NCBI GenBank assembly: GCA_963719495.1 | Contig: CAVRCI010000008.1 | Coordinates: forward strand, 96,001-160,000 | Length of the DNA: 64,000 bases | Source of the DNA: an uncultured Verrucomicrobiae bacterium | GTDB lineage: Bacteria > Verrucomicrobiota > Verrucomicrobiia > Chthoniobacterales > JAATET01 | Direction: 5' to 3' | In this document: positions 37,549-47,283 of the stretch, piece after piece | Position numbering within the stretch: position 1 is the stretch's first letter | Layout of the letters: each line of letters starts with the position of its first letter | Made by a program: the position numbers and the translations under genes | Notes under the pieces: model-generated | What the model was told of the DNA's origin: nothing | Seen by the model: the letters and a program-made list of their open reading frames with translations, nothing else | Databases searched by the model: none

Positions 37549-38430
37549 ATGCTGCGGATCGACGGGATTACGAAGACTTTCAAGGGGCGGGTGGCCTTGC
37601 ATCCGCTTTCGTTGGAGGTGCGGCGGGGCGAGATCTTCGGTCTTCTCGGGCACAATGGCGCGGGGAAAAGCACGACATTTGGCGTGACTCTGGGTCAGGT
37701 GCGACCGAACGCGGGGGAGGTCTGGATCGACGGGACCTCGGTGCAGCGCGACCGGTCGCGGGCGCTTGCGCGGGTGGGGGCCATTTTCGAGACGCCGTGT
37801 TTTTACGATTACCTGAGTGGTTGGGACAATCTGCGGATGCTGGTGGCCTACACGGGGTTTGTCGCGGAGACGCGTCTGCGGGAGGTGGTCGAGCTGGTGG
37901 GGTTGACGGCGCGGATCGGCGACCGGGTGCGGGTCTACAGTCATGGCATGCGACAACGGCTGGCTCTGGCGCAGGCTTTGTCGCCGGATCCGGAGTTTAT
38001 CTTGCTCGATGAGCCGAGCGAGGGGTTGGATCCGGAGGGAATCGAAGAGATGCGGCGGCTCATCCTGCGGCTGCGGGACGAACGCGGGCTGACGGTGATG
38101 CTGTCGTCGCACTTGCTCTCGGAGGTCGAGTTGATGTGCGACCGGGTGGCGATTTTGAATCAGGGTCGGCTGGTTTACTGCGGTGAGTGGAAGGAGAGCG
38201 CGGAGGCTCGGCGGCGGGTGCGGCTCGACGTGGACGATTGGGTCGTGGCGCGGGGGATTTTGGAATCGGCGGGCGGGGAATCGGAGGCGGAGGGGCTGGT
38301 GGTGCTGCCGGAAGCGGCGGATCTGGCGGGGATTGTGAGTGGGCTGGTGCGGGCGGGGGTGCGGGTCAGCCGGGTCGAGCCGGTGCGGGTGTCGTTGGAG
38401 GATTTTTATCTCGGGAGGTCGCGGTCGTGA
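37549..38430 (+). CDS. ABC transporter ATP-binding protein
   Basis: GHNGAGKST, YSHGMRQR, ILLDEP, SSH. Confidence 0.95.
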   Translation: MLRIDGITKTFKGRVALHPLSLEVRRGEIFGLLGHNGAGKSTTFGVTLGQVRPNAGEVWIDGTSVQRDRSRALARVGAIFETPCFYDYLSGWDNLRMLVAYTGFVAETRLREVVELVGLTARIGDRVRVYSHGMRQRLALAQALSPDPEFILLDEPSEGLDPEGIEEMRRLILRLRDERGLTVMLSSHLLSEVELMCDRVAILNQGRLVYCGEWKESAEARRRVRLDVDDWVVARGILESAGGESEAEGLVVLPEAADLAGIVSGLVRAGVRVSRVEPVRVSLEDFYLGRSRS

Positions 38431-39272
38431 GTTTGTATTGGGCGCAGTGCCGGGGGGAGCTTCGGAAGTTGTTTGCGCGGAAGCGGACCTACATTGGATT
38501 CGGGGCGTTTCTGGCGATCGAGCTGGTGCTGCTTGGGTTGCTGCGGCTGGACCGGGTGCAGCGTTCGGTTGCGAAGACAATCGAGGCGAGCGGCTACGAC
38601 GCGACCGAGTATCTGTCGGGGCTGACGCTGGCGATGATGATTCTGCTGTTCACGGTGCTGCTCCTGGGGGCGCTTTACCTGGCGTTGATCGCGGGGGATC
38701 TGGTGAGCAAGGAAGTGGAGGATGGGACGATGCGGATGATCTTGTGCCGACCGGTGTCGCGGTTGTCGCTGCTCTCGCAGAAGGTCGTTGCGGGTTTTGT
38801 CTACACGGCGGTGCTGGTCTTGTTCATCAGCACGACGGCGTTGATCGCGGGGCTGCTCGACCACGGGGCGGGCGGGTTGTTCGTCTTCGCGCCGATGGAG
38901 CGGGTCTTTGCGCTGTATGAATTCGGCGAGGGGCTGGGGCGCTACGCGCTGGCTCAGCCGTTTCTCATCGTGAGTTTGTTCACGATCACGGCGATTGGGT
39001 TCTTCTTTTCGTGCCTCGAGGTGAAACCGGCGGCGGCGACGATCGTGACGTTGTCGATTCTGCTGATCGATTCGATCCTGAAGAACGTGCCGTATTTCGA
39101 GGCGATTCGCGATTGGTTCCTGACGGCGCAGATGGCGGCGTGGGTGCGGGTGTTCGAGCCGCGGATTCCGTGGGATGGGATGATCGAGAGCTACGCGCTG
39201 CTGCTGGCGATCGACGCGACCTTGCTGGTGATGGGGTGGTGGGCGTTCGAGCGGCGGGATTTTAAATCGTGA
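38427..39272 (+). CDS. ABC-2 type permease
   Basis: Six-TM pattern, EVEDGT..L.RPVSR, FERRD end; GTGA overlap. Confidence 0.88.
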   Translation: MSLYWAQCRGELRKLFARKRTYIGFGAFLAIELVLLGLLRLDRVQRSVAKTIEASGYDATEYLSGLTLAMMILLFTVLLLGALYLALIAGDLVSKEVEDGTMRMILCRPVSRLSLLSQKVVAGFVYTAVLVLFISTTALIAGLLDHGAGGLFVFAPMERVFALYEFGEGLGRYALAQPFLIVSLFTITAIGFFFSCLEVKPAAATIVTLSILLIDSILKNVPYFEAIRDWFLTAQMAAWVRVFEPRIPWDGMIESYALLLAIDATLLVMGWWAFERRDFKS

Positions 39273-39334
39273 GATTCGATCCACGGCTCGACGGGGCTGG
39301 ACACGGACGAGGTTTTTGGGTTTAGGATTCGGCT

Positions 39335-40099
39335 ATGCTCCACTTGTTGAGGCGGCATCCGGTGGGGGTGCGGGCGCGGTTTGATTTCACCCTGGCGCTG
39401 ACGTTTGCGTTTCCCGCCGAGCGGCTGCGGTCGATGCTTTATCCGGGGCTGGTTTTGGATGAGTGGGAGGGGTGGGGGTTTGTGGCGATTGCGATGGTGC
39501 GGACTCGGGAGATGCGGCCGGAGTTTTTGCCGGCGGCTCTGGGCGGATCTTTTTTTCTAACGGGGTATCGCATTTTCACCCGGTATCGGACGACGGAGGG
39601 GCGGAGCCTGCGGGGGTTGCAAATTCTGCGATCGGACACGGATTCGAGAGCGATGGTGGTGCTTGGGAATCTGGCCACGCATTACCGGTATGCGCGGGCC
39701 GACGTGGAGGTGCGGCGGGGCGGGGGGCGATTGGATGTCGCGGTGGCGACGCCGGGTGGGGCGGCGGATCTGGACGTGTCGGCGGTGATCGATGACGCGG
39801 ACGCCGGGTTGCCGGCGAGCTCGCCGTTTCCGGATGGGCGGACGGCTCGGCGGTTCGCGGGGCCGATGCCGTTCACGTTTTCGTATGAACGGGAAACGCG
39901 GTCGATCGTGCGGATCGAGGGTCAGCGGCGGGAGTGGCATCCACGCCTCGTCGCGGTCGACGTGCGGCGGCTGGCCTTCTTCGACCACGAAGTCTTTGGC
40001 GCGGAGCCGCCGCGCTTGGCGAGTGCGTTTTACGTCGCCGGGGTCCCGTATCGGTGGGCTCGCGGGATTCGCGAGCCGGTCCGGCTGGGGCGTCCTTAA
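39335..40099 (+). CDS. DUF2071-like protein
   Basis: Resembles DUF2071/YqjF-like family (LYPGL.LD, GFVAIA, YRIF); by-eye recognition. Confidence 0.6.
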   Translation: MLHLLRRHPVGVRARFDFTLALTFAFPAERLRSMLYPGLVLDEWEGWGFVAIAMVRTREMRPEFLPAALGGSFFLTGYRIFTRYRTTEGRSLRGLQILRSDTDSRAMVVLGNLATHYRYARADVEVRRGGGRLDVAVATPGGAADLDVSAVIDDADAGLPASSPFPDGRTARRFAGPMPFTFSYERETRSIVRIEGQRREWHPRLVAVDVRRLAFFDHEVFGAEPPRLASAFYVAGVPYRWARGIREPVRLGRP

Positions 40100-40983
40100 T
40101 TCGCTAGGACGATGGGTCCTTCCGGCGAGACGGAGCCGCCGCTTTTTTCGAGACTGACGGCGAAGGACGAGTCGGCGGAGACGGACTGGGTCGGCGCGAA
40201 TTCGATGGTGGCGGAGCCGTCGGCGGCGACTCGGAACGTGCCGGCGCTGATCGGGGCGGTCCGGTTTTTGTCGAGGACCCAGAGCTGGTAGTCCTTGCCA
40301 CGCTCGGCCTCCGGGAGGCGGCGGACGTGGAGGATGCCGGTCTGGTCATCCTGACTCCACGCGATGGAAGCGAGGTAGGAGGTGTCGATTTGCGAGGTGA
40401 GCGTCGCGACTTTCATCTCCGCGATGGCGCTGCGCTCGCGGAGGGCGGAGATCTCGGATTGGAGCGTGCGGCTTTCTTCGCTGGCGGCGGCGAGTTGCTT
40501 CTCCGAGGCGTGAATCTCTTCGGCGGCGGTCTGGTTGATCTTTTTCAACTCGGCAACCTGCTGAAAGAGGTCTTCCGTGATCGCGGTTTGCGTCGCGAGC
40601 TCGCGCGACTGCTGCATGAGCGACTGATTGTTCGTCCAGAGGATGCCGGCGAAAATGGCGATGGCCGCGGCGACGGCCCACGGGAGCCAGGTCGAGCGTT
40701 GGGCGCTCGGTGAGGTCGCGCCGGTGGCGGGCTGCGAAGTTGCTTCGTTGACGGCGAGCTTTTCGGCGTGGACGGCGTTAAGGACGTTCTGCCGGAGGGT
40801 CGGCGGAAGATCGAAGGCCGGTGCCGAGTAGGCGAGCAGTGCGGTGGAATTGCGGAGCTCTTCGACGAGTGCGCGCAGTTCGGCGTCGGCGGTGAGCTTC
40901 GAATCGAATTCGGCGAGCTGGTCGTCGGGCAGGCAGCCGAGGACGAAGTCGATGGCCTGATCGTGAGTGGATTCGTCGATCAT
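40096..40983 (-). CDS. Anti-sigma factor, RskA family
   Basis: TM, coiled coil, YQLW, PISAGTF, FAVSLE..GGS..P.GP. Confidence 0.88.
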   Translation of the reverse strand: MIDESTHDQAIDFVLGCLPDDQLAEFDSKLTADAELRALVEELRNSTALLAYSAPAFDLPPTLRQNVLNAVHAEKLAVNEATSQPATGATSPSAQRSTWLPWAVAAAIAIFAGILWTNNQSLMQQSRELATQTAITEDLFQQVAELKKINQTAAEEIHASEKQLAAASEESRTLQSEISALRERSAIAEMKVATLTSQIDTSYLASIAWSQDDQTGILHVRRLPEAERGKDYQLWVLDKNRTAPISAGTFRVAADGSATIEFAPTQSVSADSSFAVSLEKSGGSVSPEGPIVLAN

Positions 40984-41552
40984 TTCGTGATCTCGCCTCC
41001 GGTTTTGCGACGCAGTTTCTCGATGCCGAGGCGGATGCGGGATTTGACGGTGCCGACGCTTTCGTGGAGTCGCTCGGCGATCTGGGGGTGGGTCAGCCCG
41101 TCGAAGAAGGCGAGCCCGACGGCTTCGCGCTGATTTTCGGGCAACTCGGCGACCCACTGGGAGACGATCTCGGCGCGTTCGTTGCCAGCGGTCGTGGCGG
41201 CGGCGTCGCGGCTTTCGTCGATGGGCTCGAGAGCGGGGTTCGGCTCGGCGGAACCCGGTGCCTCGGGCAGGCGGCGCTGGGTGCGTCGGAGGCGGTCGAT
41301 GGATTTGTTACGGGCGATGGTGACGAGCCAGGTGAAGGGGCTGGAGCGGCGGGCGTCGAAGGTATCGGCGTTTTTCCAGAGCGACACAAAGACGTCCTGC
41401 ACGATCTCTTCGGCGTCGGCGGGATTGTGGAGGATCCGGTGAACCATGGAATAAAGGGGGCGGGCGAATCGGTCGTAGAGATCGGCAACGGCGCTCTCGT
41501 CGCCGTCGGCGAGACGTCGAATGAGTTCGGATTCGTCGGGGTCGCTGTCCAT
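40980..41552 (-). CDS. ECF sigma factor (SigK-like)
   Basis: GDESA..LYDR, WLVTIARN, LAFFDGLTH.QIA, GTVKSRIR. Confidence 0.92.
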   Translation of the reverse strand: MDSDPDESELIRRLADGDESAVADLYDRFARPLYSMVHRILHNPADAEEIVQDVFVSLWKNADTFDARRSSPFTWLVTIARNKSIDRLRRTQRRLPEAPGSAEPNPALEPIDESRDAAATTAGNERAEIVSQWVAELPENQREAVGLAFFDGLTHPQIAERLHESVGTVKSRIRLGIEKLRRKTGGEITK

Positions 41553-41883
41553 TTTGTGCGAAGCGGATCGTAGCGGCTTCGTGGCGTAACCCCAGCCATT
41601 TAAGCGCGGGTCGACCGAAAAGTCGGCGATTCCCGACGGAAGTCTCGATACGCCAGACTTCCGCCGGGGTTGCACCAACCAACCCTTGATCAGGTGAATG
41701 CGAAGATCGACCACGGCGGCGGATTTCGCAACCGATGCTGGAAACGAAATTGGGTTGGCGTGGGCCGGAAGTTGGAGAGCGAACGCGGACATCGAAGCTA
41801 AGTGAGCTTCGTTCGGGGACTGACGGCGGATCAGAATTTCGCCAGGCATTTCTCCGGCACCCATCCTATCCTGCGAACGGAAA

Positions 41884-41933
41884 ACCCCCTTGCAAAACTT
41901 TGGTGCGGCCGCACCAGAGTTTTGCAAGGGGGT
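41884..41933. repeat. 50-bp palindrome (one mismatch), same family as 4256-4307
   Basis: ACCCCCTTGCAAAACTTTGGTGCGG|CCGCACCAGAGTTTTGCAAGGGGGT. Confidence 0.88.
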
Positions 41934-41939
41934 GGGTGA

Positions 41940-43973
41940 CTAGAGGAGATCTCCGGACGAGTCGGGCGCGAAGTCGACGAATTTCTTGTGCAGATCGTTC
42001 AGCTTCCCGACGTAGTATTCGACGTTTTCGTCGCGGGCGTCGGCGTCCCAGGTGCCGACGAGGCGGGCGTGATCGTAGGCGGTGACCTTCCGTTTGGTGC
42101 CGGTGATGTAGTAGCTGACGCTGTCGCCGGCCTGGTAGTCGCGGTCGCTGGCGAGGGCGAGTTCGAACGCGGCGGAGCGGTTGCGCGACGAGTTGGCGAT
42201 TTTCTTCTCGTAGGCGGCGGGGCTGTCCTGGAGAGCTTCGGTTTTGGCGAGGCGCTCGATGGACCAGTTGCGGTTGCGAATCTCGCGCTCGAAGTCCGCG
42301 CGGAGGTCGTGGACGGCGGTGGCATCGCCGGCGAGGATGTGGCGGACGACGCCTTGGAGAAAATCGCGGAGGAAGGGTTCCATCCCGCGGCTTTTCAGCG
42401 CGGCGCCGCGGAGGATGAGGGTGCCGTCGGCTTCGAGCAGGGCGTAATTTTTCGCCTTGTAGCTGAACATGGCGTCGTAACGGTGGTCGAAATCGACGTC
42501 GATCCCGGCGGGAAGCTCGGCGCGGAGGCCGGCGTCGAGGGTTTCGACGGCGACTCCCGCGGGCGGCTGAAAGTAGATGCCGTCGGTGTCGATCTCGATG
42601 ATGCGGGAACCCTGGGCCTGGAGCCAGTCGACCATTTGCTGGAGGAGCTCGCGGCCCTTGGCGGTGACCGCGGAGGCGGCGTCGAAGTCGGCGAAATGCC
42701 CCTGGCCGAAGCCGAGGTAGCCGTAGAACGAGTTGATGAGGATTTTGAACGTGTTCTGCAGCGCCGAGAAGTGGCGGCGGGCGGTCTCGTCGGTGGCGTC
42801 CCGCATCTGCTTCTTGGCGGCAAGTCGGAAGGTGCGGAGGTCGCGGAGGAGACCGGCGAAGACGGCGAGGTGATCGGTCGCGGGGAGGTAATCGAAGGTC
42901 AGGATGACCGACGGGTAGAGCGAGGCAACGTCGCAGTGCCAGACGTCGCGGGCGACGCCGTGGAAAAAGACGTCCGTCATGCCGCCTTCGAAGAAGCGGG
43001 ACTGGGGCGGCTCGGGCAGGGAGTGGCCCTGGTGCAGATACTCGCGGAGGAAGAGCGCATCGATCTTGGTGGCGTTTCCGCGGACGATGACGTCTTGGTA
43101 GTTGTAGGGAAAAATCTGCGCCTGAATGAAGTAGCTCGGCGAGAGGGCGGCGGCGACGGCGGCGGTCGGTGACGGCGCGGCGTCAGCCAGGCCGAGGTGG
43201 GCGGCGACGGTGGGAAGGTCGAAGTCCTCGAGCTCGCGCGTGCCGATGTCGTAGTATTGGGCGAGAACCCAGGTGTCGACGAGGTGGCGTCCGTGGCAGG
43301 CGAAACGGGGGTATTGGATCGTCTTCTCGGCGATCTGCAGTCGGGAGCTTCGTTGGGTGAGTGGCGAGTCGTCGCGGCCCCAGGTGAGCTTGGACTTCGC
43401 CTTTTTGGCCGTGGCGCTGAGCGCGGGAAGGATCTCCTTGAAGAGGTTGTGGCCTTCAATGATGTCGGGGTCGCGGTCGGCGATGGCATCGCCGAGTTTC
43501 GTGATGGCTTCGGGGGAGGCTTCGTCGATCTCGAGGTGCCAACCGGTGGTGTCGCCAAGCGTGATCGTCCTGCCGTCGAAGGAAATCTGGAGCCTCCGGA
43601 GATCCTCGAAGACCATTTTCTTGAAAAGCGTGATGCCGGTCTGGGTGAGGAATTGCTGGACGGGATCGCTGAGCGCGAAGCTGGGGACGCCCGTGGATCG
43701 CGAAGCGGCGCGCGAATTTTGGAAATGCTTCCAGGCGTTGAATTGCCGGACGAAGCGCAGTGGTGCGCCGCCGGAGAGTGGTCGGTCCGCCTCGGTGCCC
43801 TCGGCTTGCCAGGCGAAGGCGGTGAATTCCAGCGTCTCGGTCGCGGTGGTGCCGTCGGGCTGGCGGACGTAGAGCCGCATCGTCTCGGATTTGTCGAACT
43901 CACCGGGTTCGACGGCGACGACGCGGGGGCGCGAGTCGCGCCCGAAGAGAATGGGATTATCGAAGGTGGCCAC
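41940..43973 (-). CDS. Family B DNA polymerase with degenerate 3'-5' exonuclease domain
   Basis: DVASLYPS, KILINSFYGY, IDTDG, KNYA. Confidence 0.9.
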   Translation of the reverse strand: MATFDNPILFGRDSRPRVVAVEPGEFDKSETMRLYVRQPDGTTATETLEFTAFAWQAEGTEADRPLSGGAPLRFVRQFNAWKHFQNSRAASRSTGVPSFALSDPVQQFLTQTGITLFKKMVFEDLRRLQISFDGRTITLGDTTGWHLEIDEASPEAITKLGDAIADRDPDIIEGHNLFKEILPALSATAKKAKSKLTWGRDDSPLTQRSSRLQIAEKTIQYPRFACHGRHLVDTWVLAQYYDIGTRELEDFDLPTVAAHLGLADAAPSPTAAVAAALSPSYFIQAQIFPYNYQDVIVRGNATKIDALFLREYLHQGHSLPEPPQSRFFEGGMTDVFFHGVARDVWHCDVASLYPSVILTFDYLPATDHLAVFAGLLRDLRTFRLAAKKQMRDATDETARRHFSALQNTFKILINSFYGYLGFGQGHFADFDAASAVTAKGRELLQQMVDWLQAQGSRIIEIDTDGIYFQPPAGVAVETLDAGLRAELPAGIDVDFDHRYDAMFSYKAKNYALLEADGTLILRGAALKSRGMEPFLRDFLQGVVRHILAGDATAVHDLRADFEREIRNRNWSIERLAKTEALQDSPAAYEKKIANSSRNRSAAFELALASDRDYQAGDSVSYYITGTKRKVTAYDHARLVGTWDADARDENVEYYVGKLNDLHKKFVDFAPDSSGDLL

Positions 43974-44055
43974 GGGGTGACGATAGTCGCGATGGGGCCA
44001 ATCTGGAAAATGCGGAAATCAGTTTTCGCCCGAACGCCCCGCCCGAAGTCGTTTT

Positions 44056-44091
44056 ACCGATAAAACGTAACGGCCGTTACGTTCTATCGGT
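44056..44091. repeat. 36-bp near-perfect palindrome in divergent intergenic region
   Basis: ACCGATAAAACGTAACGG|CCGTTACGTTCTATCGGT. Confidence 0.8.
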
Positions 44092-44160
44092 CGGGGTGGG
44101 GATGGGATATTTTGGGGATTGCATCCGGGGGGGGAGGCGGGACGTTGGGTTGTTGCGGGT

Positions 44161-44709
44161 ATGTTCGAGATTCTTTTTATCTTCGGCGCGATTGCCTGGG
44201 TGGTTTTGACGGCCATCGAGTGGCTGTCGACGCTCGCGGCGTTTCCGACGATCGTGGCGGGTGTCGTGGTGGTGCCGATCCTGGCAATCTGGTCCTACGG
44301 TCGGATCCTGCGCGTGATGGGTCTGGATTTTTTGAAGGGCAGTCGGGGCTTCCTTCCGCCCGAGCGATTCTATTGGCCGGGGCAGGCGCGGGGTTTGGCT
44401 CGGCGGACGGCGGGTCTGGGTGGGGTCGCGTTGTTCGGCTGGACGGCCGCGATCTGGTGTCCGGCGTCGCTGCTCTTGGATTGGACGTCGGTCGTCGGGT
44501 GGCTTGCGGGCGGGACGGCGATCGTCTGCTCGGGTCTGGCGATGTCGCGCTTGGTGATTTTTTTCCGGGGCTCGCAGCGGTTCGCTGCGCTCACACCGAA
44601 CGTGATGGGTGCGTTGCGGCGCGGGATGTTCTGGCTTTCCGACAACTACGAGTTCCTCGGCGAGGAGCCGGAAATTCCGCGGAAGAAGACTCGCGAGTCC
44701 ATCTATTAG
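44161..44709 (+). CDS. Hypothetical membrane protein
   Basis: About four hydrophobic segments; ATG at 44161. Confidence 0.65.
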   Translation: MFEILFIFGAIAWVVLTAIEWLSTLAAFPTIVAGVVVVPILAIWSYGRILRVMGLDFLKGSRGFLPPERFYWPGQARGLARRTAGLGGVALFGWTAAIWCPASLLLDWTSVVGWLAGGTAIVCSGLAMSRLVIFFRGSQRFAALTPNVMGALRRGMFWLSDNYEFLGEEPEIPRKKTRESIY

Positions 44710-44716
44710 GGGGGCG

Positions 44717-45124
44717 CTATTCCGGGCGCGTGAGGCGCTTGGTGAGGCGAAGTTCGGTGCCGCGGGCCTTGGGCTGGAAGTCGACGCAATCGAACGCCCG
44801 CTGCATGATCCGGACGCCGAGACCGCCGGGGCGGAAGTCCTCGAGGTCGCGGCCTTGGATTTTCTCCGGGTCGCAGGACGTGCCGAAATCGCGAAGGACG
44901 CATTCGATGGCGCCGTCCGTGCAGTCGCAGCGCAGGCGGATGGGCCGCTCGGGATCGCCCTGGTAGGCGTGGCGAATGATGTTTGCGCAGGCTTCGTCGA
45001 GGGCGAGGACGACGAGTTCGGCGTCCATTTCGGGCACCCCGGACTTGAGGAGGTAGTCGCGGACCTCGCTCCGCATGCGACGGAGTTGGCCGGTGGCACT
45101 TTCGAAACGAAGTTCGAGTTTCAC
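44717..45124 (-). CDS. RsbW-like HATPase_c kinase / anti-sigma factor
   Basis: LALDEACANIIRHAY, RDFG, GGLGV; GTGA overlap with upstream gene. Confidence 0.88.
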   Translation of the reverse strand: MKLELRFESATGQLRRMRSEVRDYLLKSGVPEMDAELVVLALDEACANIIRHAYQGDPERPIRLRCDCTDGAIECVLRDFGTSCDPEKIQGRDLEDFRPGGLGVRIMQRAFDCVDFQPKARGTELRLTKRLTRPE

Positions 45125-46398
45125 TCGAAACCTCCGATGAGAACGGTGAGGTCGTCGCGCGCGGGCTCGTTGCCTCGGTAGCGTTTTTCCACGGCGACGA
45201 GGTGGTCGACCACGGATTTGGGGCTCGGGAAATCGCGGCGTAATTCCTCGGCGAGGTGGTCGTCGAAAAACTGACCGGTGTCGCCGTCGCGCGACTCGGA
45301 CAGGCCATCGGTGAACGACACGAGGTATTCGCCGGGGGCGAGCGCGATTTCCTCCTGCTCGTAGGCGACGTCGGGGAGGACGCCGAGCGGGAGCGCGCCG
45401 GGTGTCTGGATCTCGGTCGCCTTGTCCCCCGGGCCGACGATCCAGGGGCGGCAATGCCCGGCACTGGCGAGCTGGATCACCCGGGTCGCGGGCAGCATGC
45501 GGCCGATGAGGGTCGTGACAAACATCCCGCGCACGATGTGATCGTGGAGCGTGCTGTTGAGGGTCGCGAGGGCTTCCGCCGGGCCGGTGGCGGTGGCGAA
45601 GACGAATTGCATCGCGCTGAGGGTCTGCGCCATGAGGAGCGAGGCCGGGATTCCCTTCCCGGAGACATCGCTGATCGCGAAGAAGACGCTGCCGTCGGAG
45701 CGGGGGAAGACGGAGAAAAAATCGCCGCCGACGTCGGATGCCGCCTTGTTGTAACTGGCAAAAACCGCACCCTCCACGTGCTCGGGGATGGCGCGGGAGA
45801 GGAGTTCCTGCTGAATCTCGGCGGCGATCGAGACGTCACGGTTGACGCGCTCCTGCTCGCGGATGCGGTCGATAGCGCGGAGCTTCTCGATGGCCGTGGC
45901 GATGAGGTTTGAGTAGGCCTCGAAGCCCTCGAGATCCTCGGATTCGAAGGCTTGTTTGTCGGAGGGATTGAGGATCTGGAGCACACCGATCACGGAGCCG
46001 TCGCGTTTGAGCGGGGCGCAGAGGATCGAGCGTGTGCGGAAGCCGCTGGCCTTGTCGGCGTCCCGGAAGAAGCGGTCGTCGGCGTAGGCGTCGGGGATGA
46101 GGAGGCTTTCGCCGTGCTCGAGAACCCAGCCGGATATGCCCTGGCCGCGCGGGACCGTGATACGCGGCTGGACGAACTCGCCCACCGAAGAAGATGATAT
46201 TTCCAAGCTGAGGTCGCCATTTTCTTCGTCGAGCAGGAAAAGCGACGCGGCGTCGGCCCGCACGACCCGCCGGGCGACGTCGAGCACGGCGCGGAGCAGC
46301 TCGTCGTAGTCGGTGATCGAATTGATGAGTCCGCTCACCTCGACGAGGCCTCGGTGGACGGCCAGGGATTTGCGCAGCAAGGCGAGTTCGAGTTCCAC
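45121..46398 (-). CDS. GAF + PP2C/SpoIIE phosphatase
   Basis: GAF (GQGISGWV, TRSILCAPL); VGGDFF, DVSGKG, TDGLSE, DDLT; start estimated. Confidence 0.9.
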   Translation of the reverse strand: MELELALLRKSLAVHRGLVEVSGLINSITDYDELLRAVLDVARRVVRADAASLFLLDEENGDLSLEISSSSVGEFVQPRITVPRGQGISGWVLEHGESLLIPDAYADDRFFRDADKASGFRTRSILCAPLKRDGSVIGVLQILNPSDKQAFESEDLEGFEAYSNLIATAIEKLRAIDRIREQERVNRDVSIAAEIQQELLSRAIPEHVEGAVFASYNKAASDVGGDFFSVFPRSDGSVFFAISDVSGKGIPASLLMAQTLSAMQFVFATATGPAEALATLNSTLHDHIVRGMFVTTLIGRMLPATRVIQLASAGHCRPWIVGPGDKATEIQTPGALPLGVLPDVAYEQEEIALAPGEYLVSFTDGLSESRDGDTGQFFDDHLAEELRRDFPSPKSVVDHLVAVEKRYRGNEPARDDLTVLIGGFE

Positions 46399-46482
46399 GT
46401 TCCCAGCATCGGTGGAGACGCTGGAAAATCGAGCCGGAAAATTTCCGTTGGAATTCCCGACCAGCTTCGCGAAGTTGGCGGC

Positions 46483-47262
46483 GTGCAACGTTACCTGGCA
46501 ATTCCTCTTCTCATTCTCGCGGCGGCGACCGGCGCGACCGCGGAAACGGCCTACCGGGCACTGGAAGCGATCAAGGCCGCCAAGGGCGACGCGGTACTCG
46601 ACCAGCTCATCGAAGCTCGGGGTGAAAGCGGGAGCCCGCAGCCGCAATCGTGGACCATCGTGATGATCGACGCGGCGGCGCGCGGCGGCGTGCGGGAATT
46701 CGTCGTCGCCGGTGGATCGATCCAGTCCGAGCGCACGCCCGTGCGGGGATACTCCGGCCAATCGGGGCTGCCACCGATTAATTTCTCGCGGTTGAACCTC
46801 GATTCCGACGGCGCGTTCGCCGTTGCCGAGAAGGAAGCGGTCGGCGACAAGGTCGGATTCAATACCGTGGACTACGCGCTGCGGACCGATCTCGGATCGG
46901 GTTCGCCCGTGTGGGTCGTGCGGCTTTTCGACTACATGGGAGCACCGGTCGGCGGGCTCGAAGTCTCGGCGGAGAGCGGAAAATTGACGCAGGATCTGCG
47001 GATCGATCCCGATGCCCGGGTCGCCGGATCCGACGGCGGGGACGAGACCGAGACGGTGGTCGTGCGAGGCTCGGGGGGGCAGGTGGTCGACCCGCGGCTG
47101 AACGAAAAAGACGAAATGGGTGGCGTTTTCGGATTCGTGAAACGGCGCGCGGCCTACGACGCCAACAAGGTCAAGAACGTGACGCTGCGGACGGTCGGGA
47201 CCGTGCAGAAATTCCTCGTCGGTAAAGACACGGTCAGTCCGGACAACACCCCGGCCGAATAG
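46483..47262 (+). CDS. Exported hypothetical protein (possible PepSY-like repeats)
   Basis: Signal peptide; LDSDGAF.VA and PVW.V....VSAESG patterns. Confidence 0.65.
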   Translation: MQRYLAIPLLILAAATGATAETAYRALEAIKAAKGDAVLDQLIEARGESGSPQPQSWTIVMIDAAARGGVREFVVAGGSIQSERTPVRGYSGQSGLPPINFSRLNLDSDGAFAVAEKEAVGDKVGFNTVDYALRTDLGSGSPVWVVRLFDYMGAPVGGLEVSAESGKLTQDLRIDPDARVAGSDGGDETETVVVRGSGGQVVDPRLNEKDEMGGVFGFVKRRAAYDANKVKNVTLRTVGTVQKFLVGKDTVSPDNTPAE

Positions 47263-47283
47263 TCGATCAGCGAGGCGGCCATC

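Noticed and set aside
41553..41883. Small gene or riboswitch upstream of the SigK-like sigma factor
   Set aside because: No recognisable motif or convincing ORF; the N-terminal extension of ORF 40980..41927 begins inside a palindrome
41884..44091. PolB-encoding mobile element (casposon, pipolin or prophage)
   Set aside because: No integrase, Cas1, phage genes, terminal inverted repeats or target duplication; the flanking palindromes do not match each other
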